Below, in pieces: positions 10,051 through 19,575 of a stretch of DNA of 64,000 nt. Under the pieces are notes generated by a model. It was not told where the DNA came from, did not search any database, and saw only the letters and a list, made by a program, of their open reading frames with translations. The stretch lies in sequence record MN794232.1; one strand, 5' to 3'. The stretch's first letter is position 1, and the number at the start of each line of letters is the position of its first letter. Both the position numbers and the translations under genes were made by a program.

Positions 10051-10723
10051 TGAGATAATTTTAGTATCTGGGCTTGATAGCTTAGTTCTATACGAATTTC
10101 TTGAACGAAAGCCACACCCTGTTTACTTTAAATGGGGATTTGCTATCGACGAACTTGAAATGGCTTCTTTGCCTGAAGAAACAACTATCATAGAAATGCC
10201 AGAGATTTTGCATTTGAAACATGATCCGTATGAGTTCAAGACGCCACGAAATCCCGATTTGATTGGTCGGAATACGTTGATGTTTAACTCAGTTTTTCAT
10301 GCATTCAGACCGAACGTAATTTATCGCGGGATGTTGAAGGGTGATGATTTCTATTACGACGCATCGCCTACGCATTCAGATGAAATCGCAGCTATGTGGT
10401 CGAAAATGCTGAATAAAGATTGTCGAATTGAACAACCGTTCAAAGACAAAACGAAACGTGACATAATGCAAATGGCGGTTGAATACGGGATTGACGCGAA
10501 TTCATTGCAGCATTGTTACAATCGAGAACATAACTGTGGTCGATGTAGCAAGTGTGTGGATGCACATGTTAATTCTATGTACACCGACAACCCAGACATC
10601 ATGTGGCTGAAACGAATAGTTAATGACTCGGGTATGGCATCATTGGCTAATCACATGTTTGGTGTTGATACAGTTGACAGAATAAAGGAATTTCTAGATG
10701 AATTTGATCGAACAGACTGCTGA
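10040..10723 (+). CDS. QueC-like PP-loop adenylyltransferase family protein
   Basis: VSGLDS PP-loop, RNTLM, PFKDKTKRDI, C..C-G-R-C-S-K-C zinc motif. Confidence 0.7.
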   Translation: MGYDEIILVSGLDSLVLYEFLERKPHPVYFKWGFAIDELEMASLPEETTIIEMPEILHLKHDPYEFKTPRNPDLIGRNTLMFNSVFHAFRPNVIYRGMLKGDDFYYDASPTHSDEIAAMWSKMLNKDCRIEQPFKDKTKRDIMQMAVEYGIDANSLQHCYNREHNCGRCSKCVDAHVNSMYTDNPDIMWLKRIVNDSGMASLANHMFGVDTVDRIKEFLDEFDRTDC

Positions 10724-11591
10724 TAAATTCGAGCATAGTTACCGAGAAGACGTTCAAGGTGTACAGTGGTATTTCGGTAGTCGAACGCATGATTTTTATC
10801 TGTATGGAATAGACTCTCTTATTGATAAAGTCAAAGACTGTGATTTTATTGAAATCAAGCATGTTCAAGAGGGTACGCTGGTTAAACGAGGCGAAGCTGC
10901 GGTCACGGTTACGATTACAGATCATAGTCGTATCGCATATGGGAACATGATTGAAACATTGTTGTACAATGAGTTGTGGTATTCGAGCACGGTCGGTACG
11001 ATTTTACACCGTTGTCTTGATGTGTTGCATGAAAACGGCTATGACGCTCGTTCAGCATACCCTCAAATCGGACGGGCGAGTTCAACGCCAGAACAGTCAG
11101 CTAAAGCAAGGGATGTGTTCGCACGTATATTTTATCAATCGTCGAATGAGAAAATACCCGTTGCGATGCACAGTGATATTCTAATCAACGGCGAGGAATA
11201 TTGCATGGAACATTATAACGGCATCATGATTGATACTTTCGATAAGCAAGCTTGCATTGACTTGATCAACAAGAAAGACTTTCGAGGGACTGTGATGGTT
11301 GACTCTCAGCCAATAATTGAAACAATTGAGAGAGTTCTAGCTGAAACAAAATGCTTTGTTGCACAAGCTGAAAGTGTTACACTCGATGAGTGGATAGAGA
11401 TAGTGCGACATTTTAAAGGCAATAAGCGAATTTTCTACGGGATTGGTAGCTTTGCATTTAGCAATATATCACGAGACACATTTGGTTTGATTTACAAAGT
11501 GTGTGCAGTTAAGAAAAACGACAACTGGATCGGAGTTTCAAAGATGACGACAGGTAAACAAACATCGGCTGGTTATAAGGTTATAGGTTAG
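10698..11591 (+). CDS. divergent NAPRTase/NAMPT-family phosphoribosyltransferase
   Basis: VQEGTLV, IETLL...LWYSSTVGT, MHS, IDTFD, VDS, GIGS, RDTFGLIYK parallel nadV motifs; short (297 aa). Confidence 0.65.
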   Translation: MNLIEQTADKFEHSYREDVQGVQWYFGSRTHDFYLYGIDSLIDKVKDCDFIEIKHVQEGTLVKRGEAAVTVTITDHSRIAYGNMIETLLYNELWYSSTVGTILHRCLDVLHENGYDARSAYPQIGRASSTPEQSAKARDVFARIFYQSSNEKIPVAMHSDILINGEEYCMEHYNGIMIDTFDKQACIDLINKKDFRGTVMVDSQPIIETIERVLAETKCFVAQAESVTLDEWIEIVRHFKGNKRIFYGIGSFAFSNISRDTFGLIYKVCAVKKNDNWIGVSKMTTGKQTSAGYKVIG

Positions 11592-11593
11592 TT

Positions 11594-12583
11594 ATGAATT
11601 ATTGTATAGCGCCGTTTACATCGCCGTCTATTACACCAGACGGTTTTAAAATTTGCAGCATGCCAGGTCAGAAAGTATACCCTGATATTTCATTCTGGAA
11701 TAGTGATGAAGTGATCAAGATTCGCGAACAGATTATCGCTGGTGAAATTCCTGAATCGTGCAAGGCATGTCGTAGTATGCGTGACGGGTTGATTGTGTCA
11801 AAAGAAAAACCAACTGATACTCATGTTGACTTGAATTTCAAAGCTCTTTACATTGCGCGGTCGAACAAGTGTGAATATGCTTGTGAAATGTGCAGTTCAT
11901 CAATCTCACATAGCTATGACAAGAAATACAATGACGGTAAGTTGGGGATTATTGAGAATGACTTTGATGTTATTCCGTATCTGCACGAAACACAAGCCGT
12001 TGCTATTTCGGGCGGGAACCCTGTCATTGACAAAAAGGTTGCAGAGATTCTTGAGAATCTAGACCCTGACGTGGTAGAACGTTTCATTATTACTTCAAAT
12101 GGGACAGTCTTTCCAGACAGATTCTTGAATGCAATTAAGAGATTGAAATGTGACGCGACTTTGATATTCTCTATGGACGGACCGAAAGAGTTTAATGAAG
12201 TGGTTCGATCTGGTGCGAAGCAAGAGAGAATCTATCGCACCATTAATCGAGTTCTTGACGAGATTGAAGATTACCCAAACTTGCATGTGGCAATTGAGTA
12301 TACTTTCACGAATAAGTCAATTCATCACTACGTTGATTTGTATGATGAAATGCTCTTCGAGATCAACCCGAAGCATTTGAAAAACAACTCAGTTAAAGTG
12401 ATTGCGAATATGTGTACATACCCGCATCACCTTAGCGTTACAACTGTTCCCAAAACCGTCATTGATGACATATTGTTCAATCAGTTGCCGTATTTGAGAC
12501 AGCAACCCAGCCCATTGTCAAATCAATTCAAACTTGGCTATGATAAGTTTTTGACTCAGTATCACAACAGCGTGATTATGTGA
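11594..12583 (+). CDS. radical SAM protein with N-terminal SPASM/twitch-like Cys domain
   Basis: CEYACEMC; ISGGNP; N-terminal CIAPF...C...CKAC. Confidence 0.85.
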   Translation: MNYCIAPFTSPSITPDGFKICSMPGQKVYPDISFWNSDEVIKIREQIIAGEIPESCKACRSMRDGLIVSKEKPTDTHVDLNFKALYIARSNKCEYACEMCSSSISHSYDKKYNDGKLGIIENDFDVIPYLHETQAVAISGGNPVIDKKVAEILENLDPDVVERFIITSNGTVFPDRFLNAIKRLKCDATLIFSMDGPKEFNEVVRSGAKQERIYRTINRVLDEIEDYPNLHVAIEYTFTNKSIHHYVDLYDEMLFEINPKHLKNNSVKVIANMCTYPHHLSVTTVPKTVIDDILFNQLPYLRQQPSPLSNQFKLGYDKFLTQYHNSVIM

Positions 12584-13700
12584 TCAGATCATACGCTTTG
12601 ATATGTGAGTAAAACTCTGGACACGCAGACGATAAATTAGTTTTCGTCTTCGTGTCTATTCTTTTGTTAAGAACAAAGAATTCAGGGTTGAATTTACAAA
12701 CACTGTGTTCCAGAGTAAGACATTCAGCAACGTGCTTAAATGGTCTAGCCAAATCCTCACGCCCATCTTTTAAATACGCTTCTTCTTTCACTTTGAATCT
12801 TGATAATAGCTGGTCTCGAAATGCAACTGGAATGTTGTAAATTGAGTATGGATTATCAGGCTCACCGACGACATGCACAGACAAACGTACACGTTTACCA
12901 TCATAAAGCGAATCAAAATCTGAAACCAATGTTTCAAGATGTTCAAGAGTCACGTTTGACACGGTCGCAGTGATAACTACATCAAAGTGTTGCTTGATGA
13001 CTTCAATGTTTGATTTGACTTTTTTGATGTCTGCAAACAATCGAATATAATCTTGGTATTCTCGTAGACCGTCGATTGATACGAACACCGTTGATGCATT
13101 AGCTTCTTTAAGCGATTTGATGAGATCTGAGCCATCGGCTAACACTAGTGATGAGCCATTCGTGAAAATATTCACTGCGGCTTTAATGTCGCCTACGTTG
13201 CGAAGAACTTCAGGAGCATTTGACGAGCGGGTAATTTCACCGCCTAGAATTGTCAATGACGAAAGTCCTTTGCTGATTGTGTTGATTGTCGTACTCAAAT
13301 CATTGAATCGAGTACTTGAATCTTCTTCATTGAACAATCTAGCCTTCAAGTCTGATAATTTGCTGTAGCAGTAACGACAAGCTTGATTACATTCATTACT
13401 AGGGAATACTTGTAGCCAGCGAACTGAATCAGCGGGCATAATAGGTGAAACTTCAGAATCGTGTTCTGTTAGACGCTGTGGGTCATTATCAGTAATGCAC
13501 ATTTGACATGCCTTTGACAGCTTGCTCATGTCGTGGTTTAGCATTGCTTCACGATAAGCGACAAGCTTTTCATCATTCCAAGCGTCTGCTAGTGTTTTTT
13601 CATCAGTAAACCATTCATAATCAGCCGAACAGCAAAACGTAATTTGATTGTTTGCTCGTGTGATGAACTGCTTGAACGGCATATAACATAGTGGTTTCAT
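12576..13700 (-). CDS. radical SAM protein with N-terminal SPASM/twitch-like Cys domain
   Basis: CNQACRYC; LGGE; CYMPF...CC...CQMC. Confidence 0.85.
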   Translation of the reverse strand: MKPLCYMPFKQFITRANNQITFCCSADYEWFTDEKTLADAWNDEKLVAYREAMLNHDMSKLSKACQMCITDNDPQRLTEHDSEVSPIMPADSVRWLQVFPSNECNQACRYCYSKLSDLKARLFNEEDSSTRFNDLSTTINTISKGLSSLTILGGEITRSSNAPEVLRNVGDIKAAVNIFTNGSSLVLADGSDLIKSLKEANASTVFVSIDGLREYQDYIRLFADIKKVKSNIEVIKQHFDVVITATVSNVTLEHLETLVSDFDSLYDGKRVRLSVHVVGEPDNPYSIYNIPVAFRDQLLSRFKVKEEAYLKDGREDLARPFKHVAECLTLEHSVCKFNPEFFVLNKRIDTKTKTNLSSACPEFYSHIKAYDLIT

Positions 13701-13710
13701 GTTTCTGTCC

Positions 13711-14283
13711 TTAGTTAAAAATGCTACTTGTATATATAGCAGTCTTCAGGGCATTGAAATGATCGTCAACTCTATTCACGTGTATGCATTCAATGTCAAA
13801 TCTTTCTTGGATTTCTCGGATGTTGTCTAGCGAGTCGTCGATGAAGTATTTCACCTCATGCAGTTCACACAGCTTCTCGACATACTTTGCCTTCGAGTCG
13901 AAGTACTCAATCGAAATCACCTCACTTATCATCCCTGGGAATAACGCATTTAGATTATACACGCGATTTGACCATGAAGTTCTACTCATGCTGAACTTGG
14001 TTAGTGCAATGATGTTATATCGGTCTGAGAGTTCGCGTAACGCATCGTAAGCGTCTTCATATGCGGGTATGTACTTTGCACACTCATGTTCATTGTATGC
14101 GCCTATAAGCTTTCCTAGTTGCATGTCACTCACGTTAATAAATAAAGAGCGTGCATCGGTATCAGTATTTGAACCGTTGATATTCAAATTATCAAGCATG
14201 CCTAATTGCATCATGAAGAATGGCAAGTTGGCTTTCCAGTTAAGCAAAACCCCGTCTACATCTATGATGATCGTCTTTTTCAT
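13711..14283 (-). CDS. HAD-family phosphatase (5'-nucleotidase-like, T4 30.2-like)
   Basis: DVDGVL motif I; FIDDS motif IV. Confidence 0.8.
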   Translation of the reverse strand: MKKTIIIDVDGVLLNWKANLPFFMMQLGMLDNLNINGSNTDTDARSLFINVSDMQLGKLIGAYNEHECAKYIPAYEDAYDALRELSDRYNIIALTKFSMSRTSWSNRVYNLNALFPGMISEVISIEYFDSKAKYVEKLCELHEVKYFIDDSLDNIREIQERFDIECIHVNRVDDHFNALKTAIYTSSIFN

Positions 14284-14416
14284 TACTACCTCGAAAAAAA
14301 TTAAAATTTTTCGAAAAAAAGTATTGACACTTAGTTTCGTTCATGTAATACTTATCTCAACTTAACGAAACAAGTTAAACAAACAAGACAACATTTAATC
14401 AAAAAAGGAAATACAC

Positions 14417-14653
14417 ATGAAAAACTTCAAATCAATCGCAACTGCACTTCTTCTAACTATGACTTTCTCTGCTGGTGCTTTCGCACACGGCTCAGGCGGT
14501 ACGCTAGGTGGTAACCTTGGCATCGAAATGTGCAAAATCGGAGCAATCAACTGCGGCTTCCCTAAACAAGAAGTTAAAGTTGAAAAAGAAGCACCAAAAG
14601 CTGAAAAGGCTGAGGTGAAAGAAGTTAAGCTGGCAACTGATCTGACAGCTTAA
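14417..14653 (+). CDS. small secreted protein
   Basis: signal peptide ending AFA; own promoter TTGACA..TAATAC at about 14324-14352. Confidence 0.7.
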   Translation: MKNFKSIATALLLTMTFSAGAFAHGSGGTLGGNLGIEMCKIGAINCGFPKQEVKVEKEAPKAEKAEVKEVKLATDLTA

Positions 14654-14752
14654 TTGAAATGTGCAGATTCGTCTGCACATTTTGTTTAATAACGACTCAT
14701 CGAGACATATACTAAAGTCTCACACAATCAAGCATAAAATGGGAGCCATACA

Positions 14753-16246
14753 ATGCTAAATCTTAATCAAAATATCGCAATCGCAACTGACAGCTACAAA
14801 GTTTCACACTGGTCTCAATTCCCTCGTGGTCTAGAGTACAGCCAATATTACGTCGAAAGCCGGGGTGGTAAGTTCGACAAAATTATGGTCGATGGTATGG
14901 CATACATGTGTCGTATTCTCGAAAAAGGTGTTTCGATGAACGATGTCAAGCGTGCGAAACGTCTGTTCAAAAAGCACTTCGGTTCTGAAGTCTTCAATGA
15001 CAAGGGTTGGGACATCATCGTTAACGAACTGAAAGGCAAACTGCCTATTAAGATTCGTGCGGTCAAAGAAGGTACTGTAGTACCAGTTAAACACCCTATC
15101 TTGACGATTGAGAACACTGATCCACGTTTTGGTTGGCTGCCTGGCTATCTTGAAACGTTCATCTTGCGTGCTCTTTGGTACCCGACGACTGTAGCAACGA
15201 TCTCGTTCGAAGTGAAGAAAATCATTCGCCAATTCATGAAGAAAACGGTTGATGATGAACGCATTGCAGAACAAGAGCCATTCAAACTTCACGACTTTGG
15301 TTCTCGTGGTGTATCAAGTGGCGAATCTGCGGCTATCGGCGGCTCTGCTCACTTGAAAAACTTCTTGGGTACTGACACTGTAGAAGCACTTGTTGCAGTT
15401 GAAGAACTTTACGCTGAAGATGTTGAAGACTTCATTGCAGGATTCTCAATCCCTGCACGTGAACACTCAACAACTACAATCTACAAAGAAGCTGGTGAAG
15501 ACCAAGCATTCTTGAACTCTATTGAGCAATGGGGTGCTGCATTATACGCTTGTGTAATGGACAGCTACGACTACGAAGCAGCAATGAATCGTGTCTCGAC
15601 TGGTCGCTTCAAAGAGCTAATCATCAGCAAAGGCGGTACGTTTGTTGCTCGTCCTGACTCTGGTGTGCCTGTAGATGTAGTAATGAAAGGTCTTGAGATT
15701 CTTGGTAAAAACGTTGGTTATACAATCAACAGCAAGGGTTACAAAGTATTGCACCCTAGCTACCGTATCATTCAAGGTGACGGCGTGAACATCGAAGAAA
15801 TTCGTCGAATCTTGTCTTACATGGAAAGTAAAGGCTGGTCGGCAGAAAATATTGCATTCGGTATGGGTGGCGGGTTGCTTCAACAACTTGACCGTGATAC
15901 TCAACGCTTTGCAATGAAAATGTCAGCGGCAATCATCAACGGCGAATACGTTAGCGTGTTCAAAATGCCGAAGACTGATCCGACAAAAGCATCAAAAGCA
16001 GGTTTCTTGGATTTGATTGCAGTTGATGCAGACAATCCGAACCCAGCGGCTCGTGGTTACGTGACGTTCTCTTCTGAAGATTACGACAATCGCGTTCACC
16101 CGAAAAGCGTGATGCAGACAATCTTCGAAGACGGTGTAACAGTTGCTGACTTCTCACTCGAAGAAGCTCGTAAACTGTCTGACGTACAAGCTGATTTCCT
16201 GAACGAAGGTGAATGGAAAATCGCGAAAAAGATTCAAACTGCGTAA
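14753..16246 (+). CDS. nadV: nicotinamide phosphoribosyltransferase
   Basis: TDSYKVSHW, LHDFGSRG, PAREHS, RPDSG, IIQGDG, FGMGGGLLQ...RDT motifs. Confidence 0.95.
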   Translation: MLNLNQNIAIATDSYKVSHWSQFPRGLEYSQYYVESRGGKFDKIMVDGMAYMCRILEKGVSMNDVKRAKRLFKKHFGSEVFNDKGWDIIVNELKGKLPIKIRAVKEGTVVPVKHPILTIENTDPRFGWLPGYLETFILRALWYPTTVATISFEVKKIIRQFMKKTVDDERIAEQEPFKLHDFGSRGVSSGESAAIGGSAHLKNFLGTDTVEALVAVEELYAEDVEDFIAGFSIPAREHSTTTIYKEAGEDQAFLNSIEQWGAALYACVMDSYDYEAAMNRVSTGRFKELIISKGGTFVARPDSGVPVDVVMKGLEILGKNVGYTINSKGYKVLHPSYRIIQGDGVNIEEIRRILSYMESKGWSAENIAFGMGGGLLQQLDRDTQRFAMKMSAAIINGEYVSVFKMPKTDPTKASKAGFLDLIAVDADNPNPAARGYVTFSSEDYDNRVHPKSVMQTIFEDGVTVADFSLEEARKLSDVQADFLNEGEWKIAKKIQTA

Positions 16247-16279
16247 AACGTGACATTGATCACTAAAAATCGTAAATTT

Positions 16280-16312
16280 AGGGTTGCTTCGGCAGCCCTT
16301 TTTTCGTATTAT
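16280..16312 (+). promoter_or_regulatory. terminator hairpin overlapping early promoter
   Basis: AGGGTTGC-TTCG-GCAGCCCT-T-run; TTGCTT-17-TATTAT. Confidence 0.65.
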
Positions 16313-16353
16313 AGCTACATCGAAACGAGATACGAAAACAAAGAGAGAACATT

Positions 16354-16680
16354 ATGCAACTAACTTCTAAAATGACTAAAGCTCAAAAAACTAAAGTTGT
16401 TGAAGGTTTCAACTTCGAGCGTGAAACAGGTCAAAGTCAATACAAATACCGCAACGGTACTTACAACATGGAAGGCGGTGATGTTGCACGTCGATTCAAT
16501 CTAATCTCTACTATCGTGACTGGTAAGCCAGCGATTATTCCTGAAGCGACAGTTGCTGATTTTGATCGCATTGTTCTTATGCAAGCAATGACTGATCAGT
16601 TCTTAACAATGAGTGCTGGTAAAGCTTCTCTTGAAGAATCTAACGAATTTGGTAAAAAAGTGCTTGCACACTTCGCTTAA
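16354..16680 (+). CDS. hypothetical early protein
   Basis: AGAGAACATTATG. Confidence 0.7.
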   Translation: MQLTSKMTKAQKTKVVEGFNFERETGQSQYKYRNGTYNMEGGDVARRFNLISTIVTGKPAIIPEATVADFDRIVLMQAMTDQFLTMSAGKASLEESNEFGKKVLAHFA

Positions 16681-16721
16681 TTCAATTAGAATACTTACAT
16701 CAACTGAGAAGAGAGAACATT

Positions 16722-16964
16722 ATGAAAGCAACTATCCCACAGCTTAAAAAGAAAATCAATTCACTTGCTGACCGATACGGTTACGCTTTTGACAAAAACG
16801 CACCGTACTACGTAAACGACGGTCGCATCAAAGCAATCGAAGCTGCCATCATTACTGTCAAAGAAGACGGTGAAGCGAATCCAACTCGTCGCTACGAAAT
16901 CAGCGAAAAGCAGCTTGTATCATTGAACAATTGGGTTCGTGATTTGAAACACAAATATCTGTGA
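16722..16964 (+). CDS. hypothetical early protein
   Basis: AGAGAACATTATG. Confidence 0.7.
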   Translation: MKATIPQLKKKINSLADRYGYAFDKNAPYYVNDGRIKAIEAAIITVKEDGEANPTRRYEISEKQLVSLNNWVRDLKHKYL

Positions 16965-16970
16965 GGTAGT

Positions 16971-17210
16971 ATGTACGCAATACAAGCAACTAGTCATTTC
17001 GTTCAATTCGTTCTAAAGAGCGTGAGCGTAAATGGCTTCCCGAAATACGTGCCAATGTATACGTTTAATTTGGGAATCATAACAACATTCGCAACTCTTG
17101 AAGAATGTCAAAAGTTCATCGACGAGTACGATCCCAACCCCGACGCATGTCTGCCATGGCGTGCATATAAACTACACGATCTTGAAATCGCTCAACTGGA
17201 GACAAAATAA
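16971..17210 (+). CDS. hypothetical protein
   Basis: GAGG RBS. Confidence 0.6.
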   Translation: MYAIQATSHFVQFVLKSVSVNGFPKYVPMYTFNLGIITTFATLEECQKFIDEYDPNPDACLPWRAYKLHDLEIAQLETK

Positions 17211-18478
17211 TGGGTTCATTTAACACTACTTGCGCAATCACTCGTACACCAATTCAAGAAGGCGGTCTTGCGCGTGTCTTTTTCTTAGAAATGGACGCAT
17301 TTGCAACAAACTATTACGGTCGTCAAGGTCTGTTTAAGAACATCATGATGGGATGTGGTTGCTACCCATGGGATAATTTCAAGATCATCGGTTACCCGCT
17401 GCTCGGCAAATATGCCGATTACAACAATTACGAGTTTGAAGATGCAGATATGGCTAATATGACGCTGGCTGCAATCAACAAACGATACGTACCAAATCGA
17501 GTAGCTGAAGGCAAGACGCTTGAAGATTACAATGAATATCATGATTACATGGAAATCGACGAGATTTCAGACATGAGTCAGCTTCAAGACATGGAACACA
17601 GTGGTTCGCTTCGAGTTAAAGGCGCGCATGGTAATGTAACTGCGGTTGTTAAAATGGCAATGCATGAAGAAGTGTACCAAATGATGCTTGAAGGTAACGT
17701 GACTGAGGGTTGGGGTGATGATGCGAAGACATATTCATTTGCCGACGATTTGAAACGTCTCACAGATAAGTATAGTGGTTCAGTATCAGGTTTTGATGCA
17801 TTAACCGAGCAACAACAGAAGCGAATGAATGACATGCGTGATGAGCTTTACGCTAAGGCTGACGCGGGCGAAATCAATGAACGCACTGGCGAACCATATA
17901 CTCGTGAACATGCTGACAAGAGCTTCGAACAAATGGTTGAATGGCTTGCTGAAGACCGTATTGAGCTTGGCGGCGAACGCGCTGAATGGTTTGCACATCA
18001 ATCTCATAGCCGAGATATGGCAGATCTTAAAGACAATCAAGAACTAGTTCACAAACTAGCTGAAGCAGTCGTAGGTGCAAAATGGTGTGCTCGATGGATG
18101 ATGCGTAACAACTACGAATTTGCACCTGTGATGACATGCGGTCAAGATTACGATACTGCTTCTCATGCGTCGCGTCTTCGTAAGCTTGCTGACATCATCG
18201 AATCGAAGAAAAACAAATATCACTACGAAGAGCACGTTGAACTTGATGTAGTTCGTTCTGAGCGCGTTGAACTGTCTCTAAGTAATCTGAAAGAGCGTTT
18301 TGCTGATTGGTACGATGAAGGTGATGAAGAATACCAAGATTTACTGTCAGTGATTGAAAGTGTAAAAGAACAATCAAGCTTTGTTTACGGTGATGGTTCT
18401 ATTTTCGATAAATTCATTGAAGCATACGACGTTCTACGTGATGTTGAAGAAAATACACAAATTCATTTCAAAAAGTAG
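17210..18478 (+). CDS. hypothetical protein
   Basis: 422-aa ORF, MGSFNTTCAIT start. Confidence 0.75.
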   Translation: MGSFNTTCAITRTPIQEGGLARVFFLEMDAFATNYYGRQGLFKNIMMGCGCYPWDNFKIIGYPLLGKYADYNNYEFEDADMANMTLAAINKRYVPNRVAEGKTLEDYNEYHDYMEIDEISDMSQLQDMEHSGSLRVKGAHGNVTAVVKMAMHEEVYQMMLEGNVTEGWGDDAKTYSFADDLKRLTDKYSGSVSGFDALTEQQQKRMNDMRDELYAKADAGEINERTGEPYTREHADKSFEQMVEWLAEDRIELGGERAEWFAHQSHSRDMADLKDNQELVHKLAEAVVGAKWCARWMMRNNYEFAPVMTCGQDYDTASHASRLRKLADIIESKKNKYHYEEHVELDVVRSERVELSLSNLKERFADWYDEGDEEYQDLLSVIESVKEQSSFVYGDGSIFDKFIEAYDVLRDVEENTQIHFKK

Positions 18479-18538
18479 TTGACAAGGTGCGTGAGTGGCT
18501 GTAATATGTCACTCAACGCCTAACGAGAGAACAATATT

Positions 18539-18799
18539 ATGAAAGATGAAATTACTCTGCACATTAAGAATCATTGGTTGCACCGTCGCGCACATTTCGT
18601 ACTTTACAATAAACCGATGAAATTCAGAAAGAAAGCATTGGCTGAGTGGGAAGAAAAACGCAGTGAATTTTGGTACGTAGTTCAACGACTTAATCCTGAG
18701 TTTTTCGAGCAATGTCCTGACGGTATGCAACCGTATTTGACTTGCGTACCAACACCGCGCACTGGCGCACAATACTTCTACATCAAATTTGACAAATAA
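18539..18799 (+). CDS. hypothetical early protein
   Basis: upstream TTGACA..TAATAT, GAGAGAAC RBS. Confidence 0.65.
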   Translation: MKDEITLHIKNHWLHRRAHFVLYNKPMKFRKKALAEWEEKRSEFWYVVQRLNPEFFEQCPDGMQPYLTCVPTPRTGAQYFYIKFDK

Positions 18800-18810
18800 G
18801 AGAGAACAAC

Positions 18811-19530
18811 ATGAAAAAATTAATCGCAATCGTAGCACTAGCAGCATCAGTAGCAATGACTGGTTGTACTGACACCATCGACAATTCAGCAACTGATCAG
18901 CTAAAAGCAGCTATGCCAGTTCTTTCTCAAACTGAAAAAGATATGCTGAACGTATTCGCTGCTCCGAACTTCTTGAGCCGTTACGACAACATGTATGCAG
19001 AAGTGGTCAAAAATCGCGTACACTTCGGTCAGAAGCCGATCCCTCGTGCAGATACAGAAGTTCCTTTCTGTGATGTAATCGACGCTGTAATCGCAGCAGA
19101 ACGCGAAAACAATCTAACAGAACGTGATTACTCACTGAGCAATCAATGGAAGATGAAATACGGCATCACACTTCTTGAGCAATGTAATCAATCAGACCGT
19201 GCTCGTATTGAAATGCAGATCGCTAAAGCAAAAGCCGATGCTGAAGCAGCTAAAGATCGCGTAATCATCGAAGAACAAGAATTCAGCAAGAAAGAAATCA
19301 AAGCTGAGAAAATCATCGAAGACACCGTTGTAATCAAAGATGATGTGCTACTATCACCTGAACTTGTTCGCGAACTACGTGGATCAGTTAAAGACTGTAA
19401 TCGCGCTAAAGTCAAGCTAATGAGTGTAGTTGATGCTGGTGAGCAGCTAACTACAAAGCACTACGACGAAGTTAAAGGTCTAGTTCTACAGTGTGAAATG
19501 TTGAAACTAGAAGTCGAACTCAACAAATAA
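18811..19530 (+). CDS. putative lipoprotein (paralog of 6272..6967)
   Basis: lipobox MTGC; shared motifs. Confidence 0.75.
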   Translation: MKKLIAIVALAASVAMTGCTDTIDNSATDQLKAAMPVLSQTEKDMLNVFAAPNFLSRYDNMYAEVVKNRVHFGQKPIPRADTEVPFCDVIDAVIAAERENNLTERDYSLSNQWKMKYGITLLEQCNQSDRARIEMQIAKAKADAEAAKDRVIIEEQEFSKKEIKAEKIIEDTVVIKDDVLLSPELVRELRGSVKDCNRAKVKLMSVVDAGEQLTTKHYDEVKGLVLQCEMLKLEVELNK

Positions 19531-19545
19531 CATGACTTGAATAAC

Positions 19546-19571
19546 AAAAAGCCCCAATTAAGGGGCTTTTT
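19546..19571. terminator. bidirectional intrinsic terminator
   Basis: AAAAAGCCCC-AATTAA-GGGGCTTTTT between convergent genes. Confidence 0.85.
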
Positions 19572-19575
19572 CGTT

